Positions 40,951 through 53,595 of a DNA stretch of 64,000 bases are shown piece by piece; the stretch's first letter is position 1, and each line of letters begins with the position of its first letter. A program made the position numbers and the translations under genes. The notes beneath the pieces were generated by a model, which did no database searches, was not told the origin of the DNA, and worked only from the letters and a program-made list of their open reading frames with translations. This DNA is from Syncephalis fuscata S228 (lineage: Eukaryota > Fungi > Zoopagomycota), in contig JAHLTZ010000031.1 in NCBI GenBank assembly GCA_025786725.1, forward strand, positions 248,001-312,000, written 5' to 3'.

Positions 40951-42063
40951 TTATAATGCTTTATAAAGACCTGCTGTCTCTATATACTCGATGACTGGAT
41001 CAGGCAATAAATATTTTATCGATAGACCTCGTCGTAATAGTAATCTATAAATAGACGATGAATATGATGATGGTCTTTATTTACTTCTTACCTAATCTTT
41101 GTTGAACTAACATCGTTCTGTACCACTTGTTTAACAATATGTATATTATTCTATCCAGTTATTAGTATTATAGGTATAAATGAACTATGAATAGATAGTT
41201 ACCTGATGTTTATATAGAATATCATGATTTAATATGATTTGCCATAAATCAGAACCATCTCGTTCCACAACCACACAACCAAATTGACCCAGAATAGTAT
41301 GCATCTAATATAATTAGTATATATAATTAGTATATATATATAATATAATATAAATATAAATATAAACTTACATCAGGTACTGACCATAGATTAGGTACAT
41401 TCATCGAATCTATTAAATCAGCACCAGCTAGTAACATTACTCTAATGGGTCGCTTCTTTGTATTTGTTAATGTATCGACCAATACACCTCCATCTTTATT
41501 TAGACATCTATTGAATCGTTCTAATACACGGGCACTGGGTAGATGATCTGGTTGTTGTGACTCCCAACGATCTACACTGATCCAATTGGATGTATCATTA
41601 TTGACGGCCAATTCACACATATTGATACGATCTACAGCAGATGCTAGATACTTTTTACCATACGCATCGTTGACGGGTGAGATATAACCAGCAAGTACTT
41701 CATACTTGTTAGTAGTATGTAAATAGTCACGAGATATTTCTATTAATAATAGTTGTATATATTATAGATATATTATAATATGAATAGATGAATGGATGAA
41801 TAGTTACCAAATAGACGTAGATGAAGATAAGTTATAGGTGAAAATGAGCCACAGGCTAATAAAACAATAGGTTCTTTTGTTCCATCTAATTATAATAATA
41901 TTAATGTATAAATGATTAATGTTTTATTAATGTTTCTATTAATGTTTCTATTAATGTTACCTTGTAAAGTAGTCTTTAATTTCTGGCGTGGAATATCGCC
42001 ATCACCTTCTAATACACCCAAAGTATTTGGTGTATTATGAATTGTACTAGTTACTTTACTCAT
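40951..42063 (-). CDS. NMA1: Nicotinamide/nicotinate mononucleotide adenylyltransferase (NMNAT)
   Basis: LLACGSFSPITYLHLRLFE, SPVNDAYGKK, WISVDRWES, MLLAGADLI, FGCVVVER, NDVSSTKIR, SIKYLLP. Confidence 0.95.
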
Positions 42064-42317
42064 TGTATCTATTGAATAGAATCACTATAAAGTATATATA
42101 TATAGTTGGTATATAGTTGGTATATAAACGTGTCAATAGATAGACAAATAGAAAGCGTAGACTTACAGAAGAAACAAGTCGGTGTTGTTTGATGAGTAAT
42201 CCAATATATAATTTATATTATATCTATTAGGGTGTATAAGCCTCTTCTATTACTTTTCGCTTTTGCATTCCTTTCTATCCTTACCGCATTATTTGTCATC
42301 TAGTCTATTTGTTAAGT

Positions 42318-43390
42318 ATGTTAAATGAGTTGAATACAGTGAGTAATAGTGAGGATTCAGTTAATGAATCACGGCGTTTAACGTCTCACTCTTCATCTTC
42401 TTCATTATCTTCGGTCTATTCTTCTTCGTCTGAAGTCATTGATCTTGACGATATTACGGTTGCTACTACTACACCAGAAAATACAACAACAGAAAATACA
42501 ATAAATACAATAAATACTACAACCACTGCTACTTCAGTCATTGCTGCATCTACAACTACTCGGTCAGAATTATTACCAAGTGTAACTTCTACTGTGACCA
42601 CTTCATCAATTTCTACAAATACTACTACATCGACTATTAATTCAACTAATACTGGTGCATCTATAACCACCCAAAATGTTACTAAAAAGGAACCATTTAC
42701 TGCACCACCATCTATAAATCAATCACGATCTAGTCTATTAAAGCCATGTAAGTTTGTATAATTTATAAATAATGATAATGGCTAATAGATATGAATTAGC
42801 TATTCCTGCACCTGCCTTTCCATCTTTAAATAGTCCACAAAGATCGGCCGGAGATAGGTTGGGGAGTAAACCGGCTAAACGACTTATTAAAGTGCCATTG
42901 GAACCTGGCATTCGGCATTAGACTGGGCCGTCTTAAATCATCTGGTAAAGATTTACGAGTAAGTTATAATACACATATATATGTATATGTATATGTATCG
43001 GTTAATGTTTATTAATGGATTGAATAGGGCGTCGCTCAACTTGGACGGTATACCCTGGCTGATGTTCGTCAACACCGTACTGAATCTGACTGTTGGTGTG
43101 TACTTCATGGCAAAGTATATAACATTACAAGTTATATTCCATTCCATCCTGGAGGTAAGTAAAATAAGATGGATATTAATCATGTTAATCATATAATTAG
43201 GTAAACGTGATTTAATAGCTATTGCTGGTAAAGATGCCACCAAGTTATTTAGTAAGTTAAATGGTAGATAAATAGTCATTATAATTTATTGATTATGGTA
43301 TAATATGATATAGTGGAGACACATGGATGGGTCAATGCTGATATGATGTTGGATCAGTGTTTAGTTGGATTTCTAGTTAGAGATCATTGA
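42318..43390 (+). CDS. Cytochrome b5-like heme-binding protein (Irc21-like) with Ser/Thr-rich N-terminus
   Basis: KVPLEPG(H)SALDW(A)RL, DCWCVLHGKVYNITSYIPFHPGG, AGKDATKLF, HGWVNADMML..CLVGFL. Two single-C deletions near 42908 and 42928. Confidence 0.85.
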
Positions 43391-43498
43391 TTAGATTGAT
43401 GTAGTTTTTATTCTATTAGATATTAAATAAACATTGTTATTTATTTATTTTTCTTATAATTTTCTTTCTTTTTGTGTGCGTATTTTTGTTATTTGACT

Positions 43499-44026
43499 AT
43501 GAATGAAGCAACGGCTACTACATTTGTACGATCACTTTATCGTCAGTTATGGCGGGCATGTAAACCAGCAGCAGATCACCGTTCTAGTGGTATTCGTGTT
43601 CTACAAGGCCATGTACGCCATTCATTCCGTGAAACGCGTGATGTAACTGATCCCATTACCCGTGAGGCACTACTAGAACGAGGTAATAGATACTGGATAG
43701 TTTAAAAGTGATGTAATAATGAATTAATGTTATTTAGGTGAAAACACACTAAAGTTTTTACAATCGGCAGCCCATAAAAATAGTACAGAACAGCAACTAG
43801 TAGCCAATCTTATTTCCATTAACATCTATCGTAATAAATATAGTGAGCGGTAAGATAATAGTTATAATATTAGTTGTATAGTATAGTATTAATCGATGTA
43901 TTTATTAGATCGCCAATATCACGACAATTAAAGCCAAAAGAACAATCTATACATGATGATACATATGCAGCCTATGATCAAATTGTTGCCGCTCTTAATG
44001 CCACATTCAATCTAGGATTACGTTAA
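43499..44026 (+). CDS. LYR-like (DUF1763-type) small protein
   Basis: VRSLYRQLWRA...F, NTLKFLQSAA...EQQLVANL, ends YDQIVAALNATFNLGLR*. Two introns. Confidence 0.75.
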
Positions 44027-44182
44027 TATATATATATATATATATTACAATTGTTTGTTTAATAACTTTATAAATAATAATAATTAGAATTAATGATCAT
44101 ATTAATGTAAACCGATTAATTGGTATTTATTGATAACGAAATGTGTCTACCATGATATACTATGTGTATGAAATAGAATTAT

Positions 44183-45252
44183 CTAAGCCATTAAACTAGT
44201 AAAAATACTGGTCACTGCTACAATGCCAAATGTAGCAATGGTAGGTAGAATTGAGCCATTAGCGCCGCTACAGTCTGGGCACGATGCACCGCCAAGATAA
44301 AGAGAAAATTCCTTGGAGAAGGTCATAAGACGGCCGGCTGTTTCGGTGACGTTGTTACGACCACGTTCGTCATAAATGTAAAGGTTGTATGAACCAGCAG
44401 CTAGCGAGAAGCCAGCGGCTTGGGCATCCCATGCACCAGTATCCCAATTGAACTTTGATGGATTGCTATAGCCGACCGTGCCAATAATAAAGAAGTTTTT
44501 ATTTGCACGAGCAATTTCAATGGTCACGTTCTTTGGCTTAATTCTTAAGGTGGTCTCGTCGTATTTCCACTGGAAATTGATAACTTCACCAATACGGAAT
44601 TTTGGTGTTTGTTGCCAAATGAATGCTGGTTTTTCCAATGTAAGAATCGAGGGAGGATCATCAAAATTGATATTATCTTCATCTGATCCACTGCTGCTAT
44701 TGCCATTGCCGTTACTATTGCCATTACTGTTACTATTGCCATTACTGTTGCTATTGCCATTACTGTTGCCGTTGCCATTACTGTTATTGCCATTACTGTT
44801 GCCGTTGCCGTTGCCGTTACTATTGCCGTTGCCGTTGCTATTCTATTGCCGTTGCCGTTGCTATTGCTATTGCCGTTGCTATTGCTATTGCCGTTGCTAG
44901 TTGCCGTTGCCGTTGCTATTGCTATTGCCGTTGCCGTTGCTATTACTATTGCCGTTGCCGTTGCTATTACTATTGCCGTTGCTATTGCCATTACTGCCTG
45001 TACCACTGCTGTTTTGTGGCGCTATTTATCACAATGTTAGTAAGTATATATTGTCAAATGAGTAAAGCATAGATTTAAATAAACCAATGCAAATCAAAGG
45101 ATAAACTTACAACGTGCAAGTAGATTGACTGAATGTCCACTAGCTGCAGTGGCAGACACTAGGCCGTCTGAAAGATTGGACTGTGCATTAAACACAGCAA
45201 GAGCAAGAACGCACGCCACCAAAGTGGTGCGTCCAAATAAAAGTTTAATCAT
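44183..45252 (-). CDS. Secreted/membrane-anchored protein with Gly-Asn/Ser-Asn repeat stalk (DUF7137-like domain)
   Basis: Signal MIKLLFGRTTLVACVLALAV, one intron, (GN/SN)n coding repeat at 44690-45000, FRIGEVINFQWKYD...FNWDT...YNLYIYDERG...GRL, hydrophobic C-terminus. Confidence 0.8.
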
Positions 45253-46115
45253 GCTATAGGAATGATGAGAGGTTTCCGTTGAGTGTATATCGAGGGGAAA
45301 AGCACTGAGTATGGCTGGCTAAAATAGCGCTGTATTAATTAAGGATAGGTAGCACACAGGCTGTATGGAGAGAAAATAAATGTAAGAAGGAAGAAAGACC
45401 AAACGAGAGGAGGCGGAGAAGGAATGGCCTTCAAAAGTCGGTGATTGGCCATTAATAAGGAGAGATTGCCGCTGTTCACGTTTGGCACTTATGCAGCATG
45501 TACTCGCGGTCAAACTGCCTTTTTTACGTTGTGCCAAAACAAGTATTACGTTGTTTGCAGCCGATGCTACCGAATAAAAAAAGACTGGCAAATTCGTTTT
45601 AATTGATATAAATAATGTTTGTAGAATGTTGAATAGCGGGCCTTTAAGCATGTATAGGATGCATGCGGCGTCAATACTTTACAGTCTATCCATTTAGATT
45701 ACACAAGTGCTACTGGAAATATAAATGAAGCACATAGGCAATAAATAGGCGTGTAGTTTTAATGTTTGTATTGACTGTGTTGCTGGCACTGTACGTCTAT
45801 GATGATTGCTGTAACATTGGTTATTGATTCAATTGCCGATATTCGTGGCACACATGTATCCAAGATGCTGATAGCAAAGGCGGTCAGGTAAAAATAGCAG
45901 CCAATACAGTATTTGCTAGACTATAGTATCATGATTATACTGCATGCTGTTCTAAATTGAACGATCAATTACTATTAAATGGCGATATGTTTAAGCAATT
46001 TGCCGGACTAATTGGTGTTATGTCATTTTATTTTGTAGTATAATATGATTTACGTATATCTATGTATATTAGAAAGCAGTAAATAAGAAGATTTGTTATT
46101 ATGGCCATCATAGTT

Positions 46116-46962
46116 CTAGCACCATGTTACAGCAATAGCAGCTAGTGTTATAATTGTTGGTAATAGTAAATGTTGTATTGCTTCAAAACTTAGATCACCA
46201 ACCATGCTTGACTTGCTGTTACGACGCAGTGACGGTGCAGCCGATTCTAGACAAGCAACACAAATACCAGAGCCAGGATTATAGAGATAAAAGTACGTGC
46301 TACTGTATGGCGATAAACGTCCATTGGAGCTAGTGCCATTACCGTCTCGACCACGCTCATCAGAAATAAACAGATAGTAGCGCTCCTCTGTAAGCAGATA
46401 GTTTTGGTCTTGGTCGTTCCATTTTGACGTCTCCCATGTGAACGTCGTTGGTTGGTAGCTGATATTGGCAATGGTAACGTATTGGCGTCGGTCTCGTGTT
46501 ATTTCAAAAGCCAAATATCTTGGTGCAATATGAAGATATTCATCGTATTTCCACTTGAAAGTAATATTGCTGCCAATAGCGTATCTTGGCACTTCTCCCA
46601 TAGTAAGTGATGGCTGCTCCATAATAAGTCGTCCAGCAGGCTCATCCTTTTTTACTGGCCCCGCATCTTGATCTGTATTTTCGTCTTTTGTATCGTTTTT
46701 GGATGGTTTAGTTTCTTGTGCCTTTGCTTTATCTTTATCTTGTTGCTTTGCATTATTTTTGTTTGGAGTGGGGTCACTATTTTGCGGAGCTATGTTGTTG
46801 TTGTAATTAATAAAGTTAATAATCATTATTGCCATTTTAATCATAACAAATATACTTACATCGAGCAAAAATATTACGGTGTGCGTCTGTTTCTGCCGCT
46901 ATTGCAATAACTAGACAGAAAAGTAGCACCGCAACATAGATTAGCGGTTGCTTCTGAAACAT
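46116..46962 (-). CDS. Paralogue of 44183-45252 (DUF7137-like secreted/anchored protein)
   Basis: Exon 1 MFQKQPLIYVAVLLFCLVIAIAAETDAHRNIFAR with the intron at the same position as in the paralogue; YAIGSNITFKWKYD...FTWET...YYLFISDERG...GRL; hydrophobic C-terminus. Confidence 0.85.
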
Positions 46963-47829
46963 AATAACCAAATTATTGACAATAATAACTTATAATAAAA
47001 TAGTACGCTTTCAATTAGTTTACAAAACTGGGCAGTATATACTGATGACAATGTCCAACATGTACACACTCGAGATTCTTGGATTCAATTAGAAGCTACG
47101 GCTTTAAAAGGGGCCACTGCTGTTATCATTGACAGTAGTCAAAGAAAGACAAAACGGCTACACTTTCAAAAGGAGGGCTGACTAGGATGGCGCTATTATG
47201 GCCGCCAGGTCAAGTAGTAAAAATAATAGTAGATACGCACACAATTAATGGCGTAAATAAGGGGAAATAGCGTACTTGCTAAGTAATTTATGCTGCTGTA
47301 GAGTTCAAGGGGTCTAGTAGACGATATTAGGTGTGGATAGCAGAAGGATAAGCTTTTAACAAATAAAGGTTATGTGTTCTACAGCTAGAAACTATAGTGA
47401 GGTGTAGAACAGAATACGGTGAAAAGAAAACGAAAACACATGGCCGTGATGTGTGTGTATATGTGTGCGTGTGTGTGTGTGTGGCTAGAAAAGGCCGAGT
47501 TGATGTTCGATGGGCTTTGCTCATAAATTGGTAGAATCCAGTGACATGCGTGACCGTCTGCATGCGAGCATGGGTGGCTGTTGGCCGTTTCATTGGTAGA
47601 TTGAGACGGTGTGCTTGAACAGACGGTTTTGTTGTCGTTAGGGATTACATTCCTTTAATGATACTTGCAGCAAGTAGGCTGCTGGACACCAAGGGACGCT
47701 AGAGCGTAGATCTTGTCGTACCGTTCACTGACCAGCATGATAAAGTGTAGCCTATTTATAAACATACGAGATGGCTTGTGCCCCTTCTGCTTTTTCTTCT
47801 CAACATGCCAGATTGTTTTCCGCACCACC

Positions 47830-50800
47830 ATGTCGTTTCAACACTATGAAGATGTTTGTCGGAGCCATTTGCACCTACTCGAGCAATGGGAGGCCTCGGG
47901 CCGGGCTCTAGCTCAAAAGCAAGCCAGCTATCCAATGGCCAGTGATGAAAATGATGAGCTGCGACTACGTCATGAAATTGAAGCAGCTGACCACGAAACG
48001 AAGCGTTGGCTCAATCAAGCAATTCAATCCTGGTGTCATTTGGCGCCATTACTCTACATTGCCTTTCTTGATTACCGCGAAGCATCGGGCAATCATTTAA
48101 TTATGGCGCAGAATGAACTTGCCAAAGTCAGTCTTGGTGAGCAATCATGTATAATTCAGGATATTCTAAGTGCCAATGAAGCTGGCTATGTGCCTCGATT
48201 TCAATCATTGTACTTGCAACTAAGCCGGCCACCTGCTGGTTGTAAGTCATAGCTATGATACTATCGGTTCTACAAGACTAAACTCATTATAGGGCCACAC
48301 CACTATTTTCCTATTAGGTAGGCAAACTAGATGGCGGATTAGTCGGTTAGTAATTAGCGATAACATATAGATTAAACGAACGAGATCCATGGAATAGTTT
48401 TTTATGTGACAATCAGATACAAGAACAGTCACTTTTATTGAATTAAATAATTTAGTAGTTCATTTAGAATGTCCCATAGTAGGTGCCATGCTTCAGGAGC
48501 TTACTGCTTTGCGTAAACGGTTGGTAAGTAGTAGGTTTATTTTAATAATGGCAGCTATAGATTATACATATGTAGTGTCAAACTGTTTTACCAGCAAGTT
48601 TAAAACATGTTTATGCACAAGACAATATACCAGTCAACGTGAATGGCAATTATGGTAAATTATTCTTTATTGGTAATCAACACGAACTAGATAGTATTGA
48701 TTTTCATGTGAGCCAGCTACAGCAAAAGCCCAATAATGTCCGCCGCCTTCGTATGGCGTATCAACGTCGACACATTATTGCAGCAATTTTCGATCCTGTT
48801 ATGCGATCTCTAGCCAGCTCGGACCCGGGTATTCGTCCAATATGGTAATGCATCTTGTCTATAATACTTAATACTAATGTATTATGAATAGGAAAGAGGA
48901 GTTTTATGGCAATCTGGCTACCTTTTACAACGTTGAAAATCAAGCAGAAACATTTCGATTTCCATTTACGCCGACACTGGCCATAGCCATTCCTTACGAT
49001 GTTTATCGTTGTCCATTAGCTCAAAGGGCCGGTATAAGCTATCAAGGAATGGCTCGTAAAGAGGTTGGCGAGTTAGGATTTTATATACTAGAAGCGGTGG
49101 ATGACGCACAATGTGATATACAGCAAGCCAAGTAAGTGTAGTAAATACGTATTTAATTATTAGTTGTATAACAAATGCGTGTAGATCAAAGTTTTTTGTT
49201 CAAATGATTACTGCTGTTTGCGGACAGGAATTAGTGTGTGGCGGTTTAATTGATGCACAGCATACTTATAAGCCATTTTGTATGGGTATATTACTTACTA
49301 ATACACAAGTCCAGTTTTATTTGGCTGCCCGGCGTCTAAAAGGTAAAATGTCGTGTGTATCTTTAATTATAATTGATAATAACACTATAAATCATATGGT
49401 GCTAATCGTTAGTTGATTCACCCTTTGAGATATATCACTATGCTAGCTGTGATCTGTATAGCGTTGATAATCGTGGCAAACATTTTAATGGCTCAGGCCT
49501 TATTCAAGCCTCTGTATTATTTAGAAATCAAGTGGATATGATACGAAGGCATTTGCAGCATTTCGAGGCGACTCCTAGTCAGCAACATGCTGGCGAAAAT
49601 GTTAATGATGGCTTTCATGATTACCGCACGGTAGTTCAACGGCTATTGGAACTGTCGGCCTTGCCAGAACTCAAGGCGGGTGATTTTGTACGTGTTGGTA
49701 GTCGAGATAGCATTATATCCATTTGTAGCACTGAAGGGGAAAAAGAAGCGGTAAATGATGATATGATGATCGACGATGACCGTCACCGTCATTCGCCATT
49801 AAAGATGCTAGCCAAGAAAAGCTCAATTAGTCTTGAAAAAAGAATAGCGCAAATTACCGGAGATGCTGAGGAATTACAGACATTAGTAGCAAATTATGTA
49901 AAGAATAATAATTTAATGGCAAGACTAGTCCATATACATATGATTGATTCGGCATATGTTAATGCTGCCAAACATGTAAGCTAAATATACTTATACTAGT
50001 ATATTTATTGATAAAAGTAATAGAAATGGCGCTTTTTGGTTGAAGACAATCAAGGACGACAACTTTATATTAGGCTATCACAGCATCGGGTAGTTAGACT
50101 TGAACAGCTTGAGGTTAATGTGCGACTTCAGCGTAGTAATGCACTACACGGAAGATTAACGACTATCCGACATGTTGGCTATTTACTTGGTATGCAACTT
50201 ATAGCTGCAGACTATATTGATCAACGCTATGGATTTCCGCAGAATCCATATGAACTTGCACACTACATAATTGAACTGGCTAAGGTACTATTTTATAACA
50301 TTGTTTATATGGTTAACCTTTAGTATTTAGACATTAACGATTTTCCATGAAGAATTTGGTATATGTTATGGCAATTTAAAAGCATGTCGAGTATTGGCCG
50401 TGAATGTCAGTGGACAGCTACCGGCAATACTATTAAACAACGCCAGCACCTTTTGCAGTGTAGGGGTAGAGTAAGTGATCAAATACAATATTAATTAGCA
50501 TAGTATGCTAATAGCAATATTTATAAATAATGTTCAATAAACAGCAATGCAGGCACTGGATATGTCAGCGATGTATTGGCCCTTGGGCAGCTTGCTCAAT
50601 ATCACCTTCAGGTATGGCGTACTACGTTCATGGTAACAATAGTATAACATTATTTGTTTTGAATTAGAATGAGAACAATCGACATGTTGCACTTGACAAT
50701 TTAGTTCAAAGCATGCTGACTTGTGTGCCAAAACAGCAATTGCCCATGCGCAGTATAGTATCACAACTAGACGGTTTAATGCCTCAAATATATAAACAGC

Positions 50801-51089
50801 ATATAACTATGGAAAAGCCGGAATTAACAAGGCTTGAGCGTCAATTATCGATGCATGACATTTTAGCTAATGTAATTTATTGTTTGCCCATATTATTAAT
50901 TACTAATTAGCTATGTTTTATTCTGCTTAGATGTCAAGTAAAAGTGATTCTTCATTAAATATAGCTTCTTGTCGCCATGTTCGTAGTATGCCACTAAGGA
51001 AACGTGCCAGTCGATTGTCAGCACACTCGTTGTCAAAGGAGATAAAACAGCCGCGTTTTGGTGAATCTAACATATTTTGTGACAATTAA
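47830..51089 (+). CDS. Large multi-exon uncharacterised protein with degenerate kinase-like C-terminal region
   Basis: Chain of in-frame exons with GT-AG introns. The late exons LTIFHEEFGICYGNLKACRVL...SDVLALG resemble eroded kinase subdomains VI and IX (inference). Confidence 0.6.
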
Positions 51090-51730
51090 GCGATGATGAT
51101 TTAATTAGAATATGGGATATATTGTACTTTGAGTTTATATCCTTAAACTGGGATAAAATAGTCCGTAATTCGAATAGTAAACCGTTGATCAGTTTTTAAT
51201 ATCATATTAGTGTTAGTAAATGTAAATAGTATTCATGTTACTTACAATAAAATATAAAAAACAGATAAAAGTTAATTTATATTATTGTTACTGTAAAGTA
51301 TTCAAAGTGTTATAATTCGACATTTAATATAACACCATTTAATTCCATGTTTAGTGGAATAACAAATATGTAATTAATCAAGGATGTCAATTTTAATCTT
51401 TTACACTGACTCACATGAGTCTACTAATAAATTATTTAATATTATGTATAGTTACAGCAATTTCTATCATTTCTTATTTACTCATTTCACTCTTCTTTTT
51501 TGATACTTTTAAATACAATTAAATATCCATTTATTACTATAACATGCATAATATTACATTCAGAATTAATTAATTCATGTGTAATTAATTAATTAAATTT
51601 ACTATTTTTTTAATATATATATTGTCATTATGATATTAATTGTTCAAATCCCATTTATTTAGTCAGATTGACTATAGTGAGAAGTGGTTGTTTAATAAGC
51701 GACATTTATAATAATTATATTAATATTGCT

Positions 51731-51948
51731 CTTGCATCGCAAATATGTCCAAAATGCAACAGTAGAAGAATAGAAAATAAAAGAGACCATTTAGATGCAA
51801 TAATCAATGATGTACATAGATGTAATAACAACAAATGCGAAATAACATGAAATCAATCATATGATTTTATTAATATTCGATCAATTTTTCTACGCAGGGC
51901 CAACAACAATAACAACAATCAACTTCAAATGTTTCAGCGTAGTAAATG
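51731..51948 (+). pseudogene. Fanzor/TnpB C-terminal relic
   Basis: SQICPKC...IINDVHRCNNNKCEIT*N.NHM..INIRSIFLR...MFQR matches the TSQxCxxC...CxxxxC..WNRD..A..NI zinc-finger/RuvC-III end. Disrupted. Confidence 0.65.
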
Positions 51949-53595
51949 AAAACATTATAACTATGTTCTTGTACATAACAGCATGTTTTCAATTGAAACC
52001 AATTTTGCTTTAGGACTCAAAATATGAAATTCAAGGCAAAATAGGGGAATTTGAAAAAGCTAAAAATGCTTGATAGAAAAAGCTAATTACAATAAATGCA
52101 ACAAATTCTAATTTAAAGTTTCGCTTATTTACGTAATTTGGTTCATTGTAACAACATCAACAGCAATGCCAATCGTATTTTATTTGGTAAAGACTTTTAA
52201 CAATATACTTGTGGCAAATGCAACTCAAAAAATACAATACAAAAACATGCTATGTAAAGATTAGCACTAATTGTGTTGAAACAGTAGTTGATGCTGAAAC
52301 AAACGTTTTTATTGAATAAATACAAACTACTAATGGAACAACTATCAAAATAAATAAATGTAATACAAACAAAAATAATTTAATTAATAAATATTTTTAG
52401 ATTTTGAATTTAACCAATAAATAAGATTAGATTGGTTTAGAGTATTTAAATATCAGATATAGCAATTAAATAATTCCGAATTACATAAGTGTTATTGCTT
52501 TGATCAACTTAAATTAATTAGTTAATGTATCAAGCAAGAGTGAAGATGTGCAAAATAAAACCGTCAACATGGTATTTGTCATTGATAAGCTAAACAATCT
52601 ACTCGTAACATCCATTTTAAATGTCGCAGTAGTCGCTCCAATGTTCAATTTAAAAACTGTGGAACATGGGAAAGAAGCTTAAGAGGTGCTGTGGCGGATC
52701 ATTTAACCACTTGATTTGTATTAATCTTATAATATTTATTAACTAAATAAAGAACTTTTTCCACAATATTAGCATGCTATTGGTTGTTTATGTGATTTGG
52801 CAGTTAAATAGCTATAATAGCCACACATTTAAACTAAATATCCTGTTATTGAAGATGAAACTGGTGTGAGTGTCATTGGTTATTAAACTATTTAGTTATC
52901 ATTATTGTTATGCTGCACATATCTATCCTGTATACATATACTATATGCCGTCTATATCATTAATATTGTATATTGCAAAAATATATTAAAAAAGCTAAAA
53001 GCTTATTGCTAATGTATTCTTTTAGCAGATCTTGATCCATTTCGTTCATCGCTCTTGGTCATTGCATACAGATAGTTTACCATCACTATTCACATTGATT
53101 GCTTATTTATTTTTTATAATATCTATGCTTATTGCCATGTTTTATAGAAAGCGTTTTTATTTTAATTTCAGCATAATATTTTTGGCTATATGATGCTGAT
53201 AGCTTTGCTACTATCCATACCAATCTATGTTTATAGCTAATACAACATAATCGCACATGTCTTTTGTTATTTTAACTATTTAATTAATAGTTTCATATTG
53301 AATAAAATAGAACATGATTATAGATATAGCAATTTGATTGTATATAGCTAAGATGAACCATAAGTTTATTACTATAAGCTTGCACAGTTGAATAGAAACA
53401 ACTAGATGCAAACATGTTGGTAACATAATGATTCCATTGATTAAAGACTGGATAAACCGGAGCATTGGACAAAACTTGATATATAAATAGACTGGACGGT
53501 GTAGTTGTCAAATGGTCTTGCTTTTTACCGAATATATACCTAAATTGTATTGGACTAGTGGCTTGATTGCACTACCAATGCTGATGTCCTTATGC

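Noticed and set aside
44478-45040. Leu/Pro- and Ala/Ile-rich ORFs on the + strand and alternative frames
   Set aside because: Shadows of the Gly-Asn hexamer repeat of the minus-strand gene.
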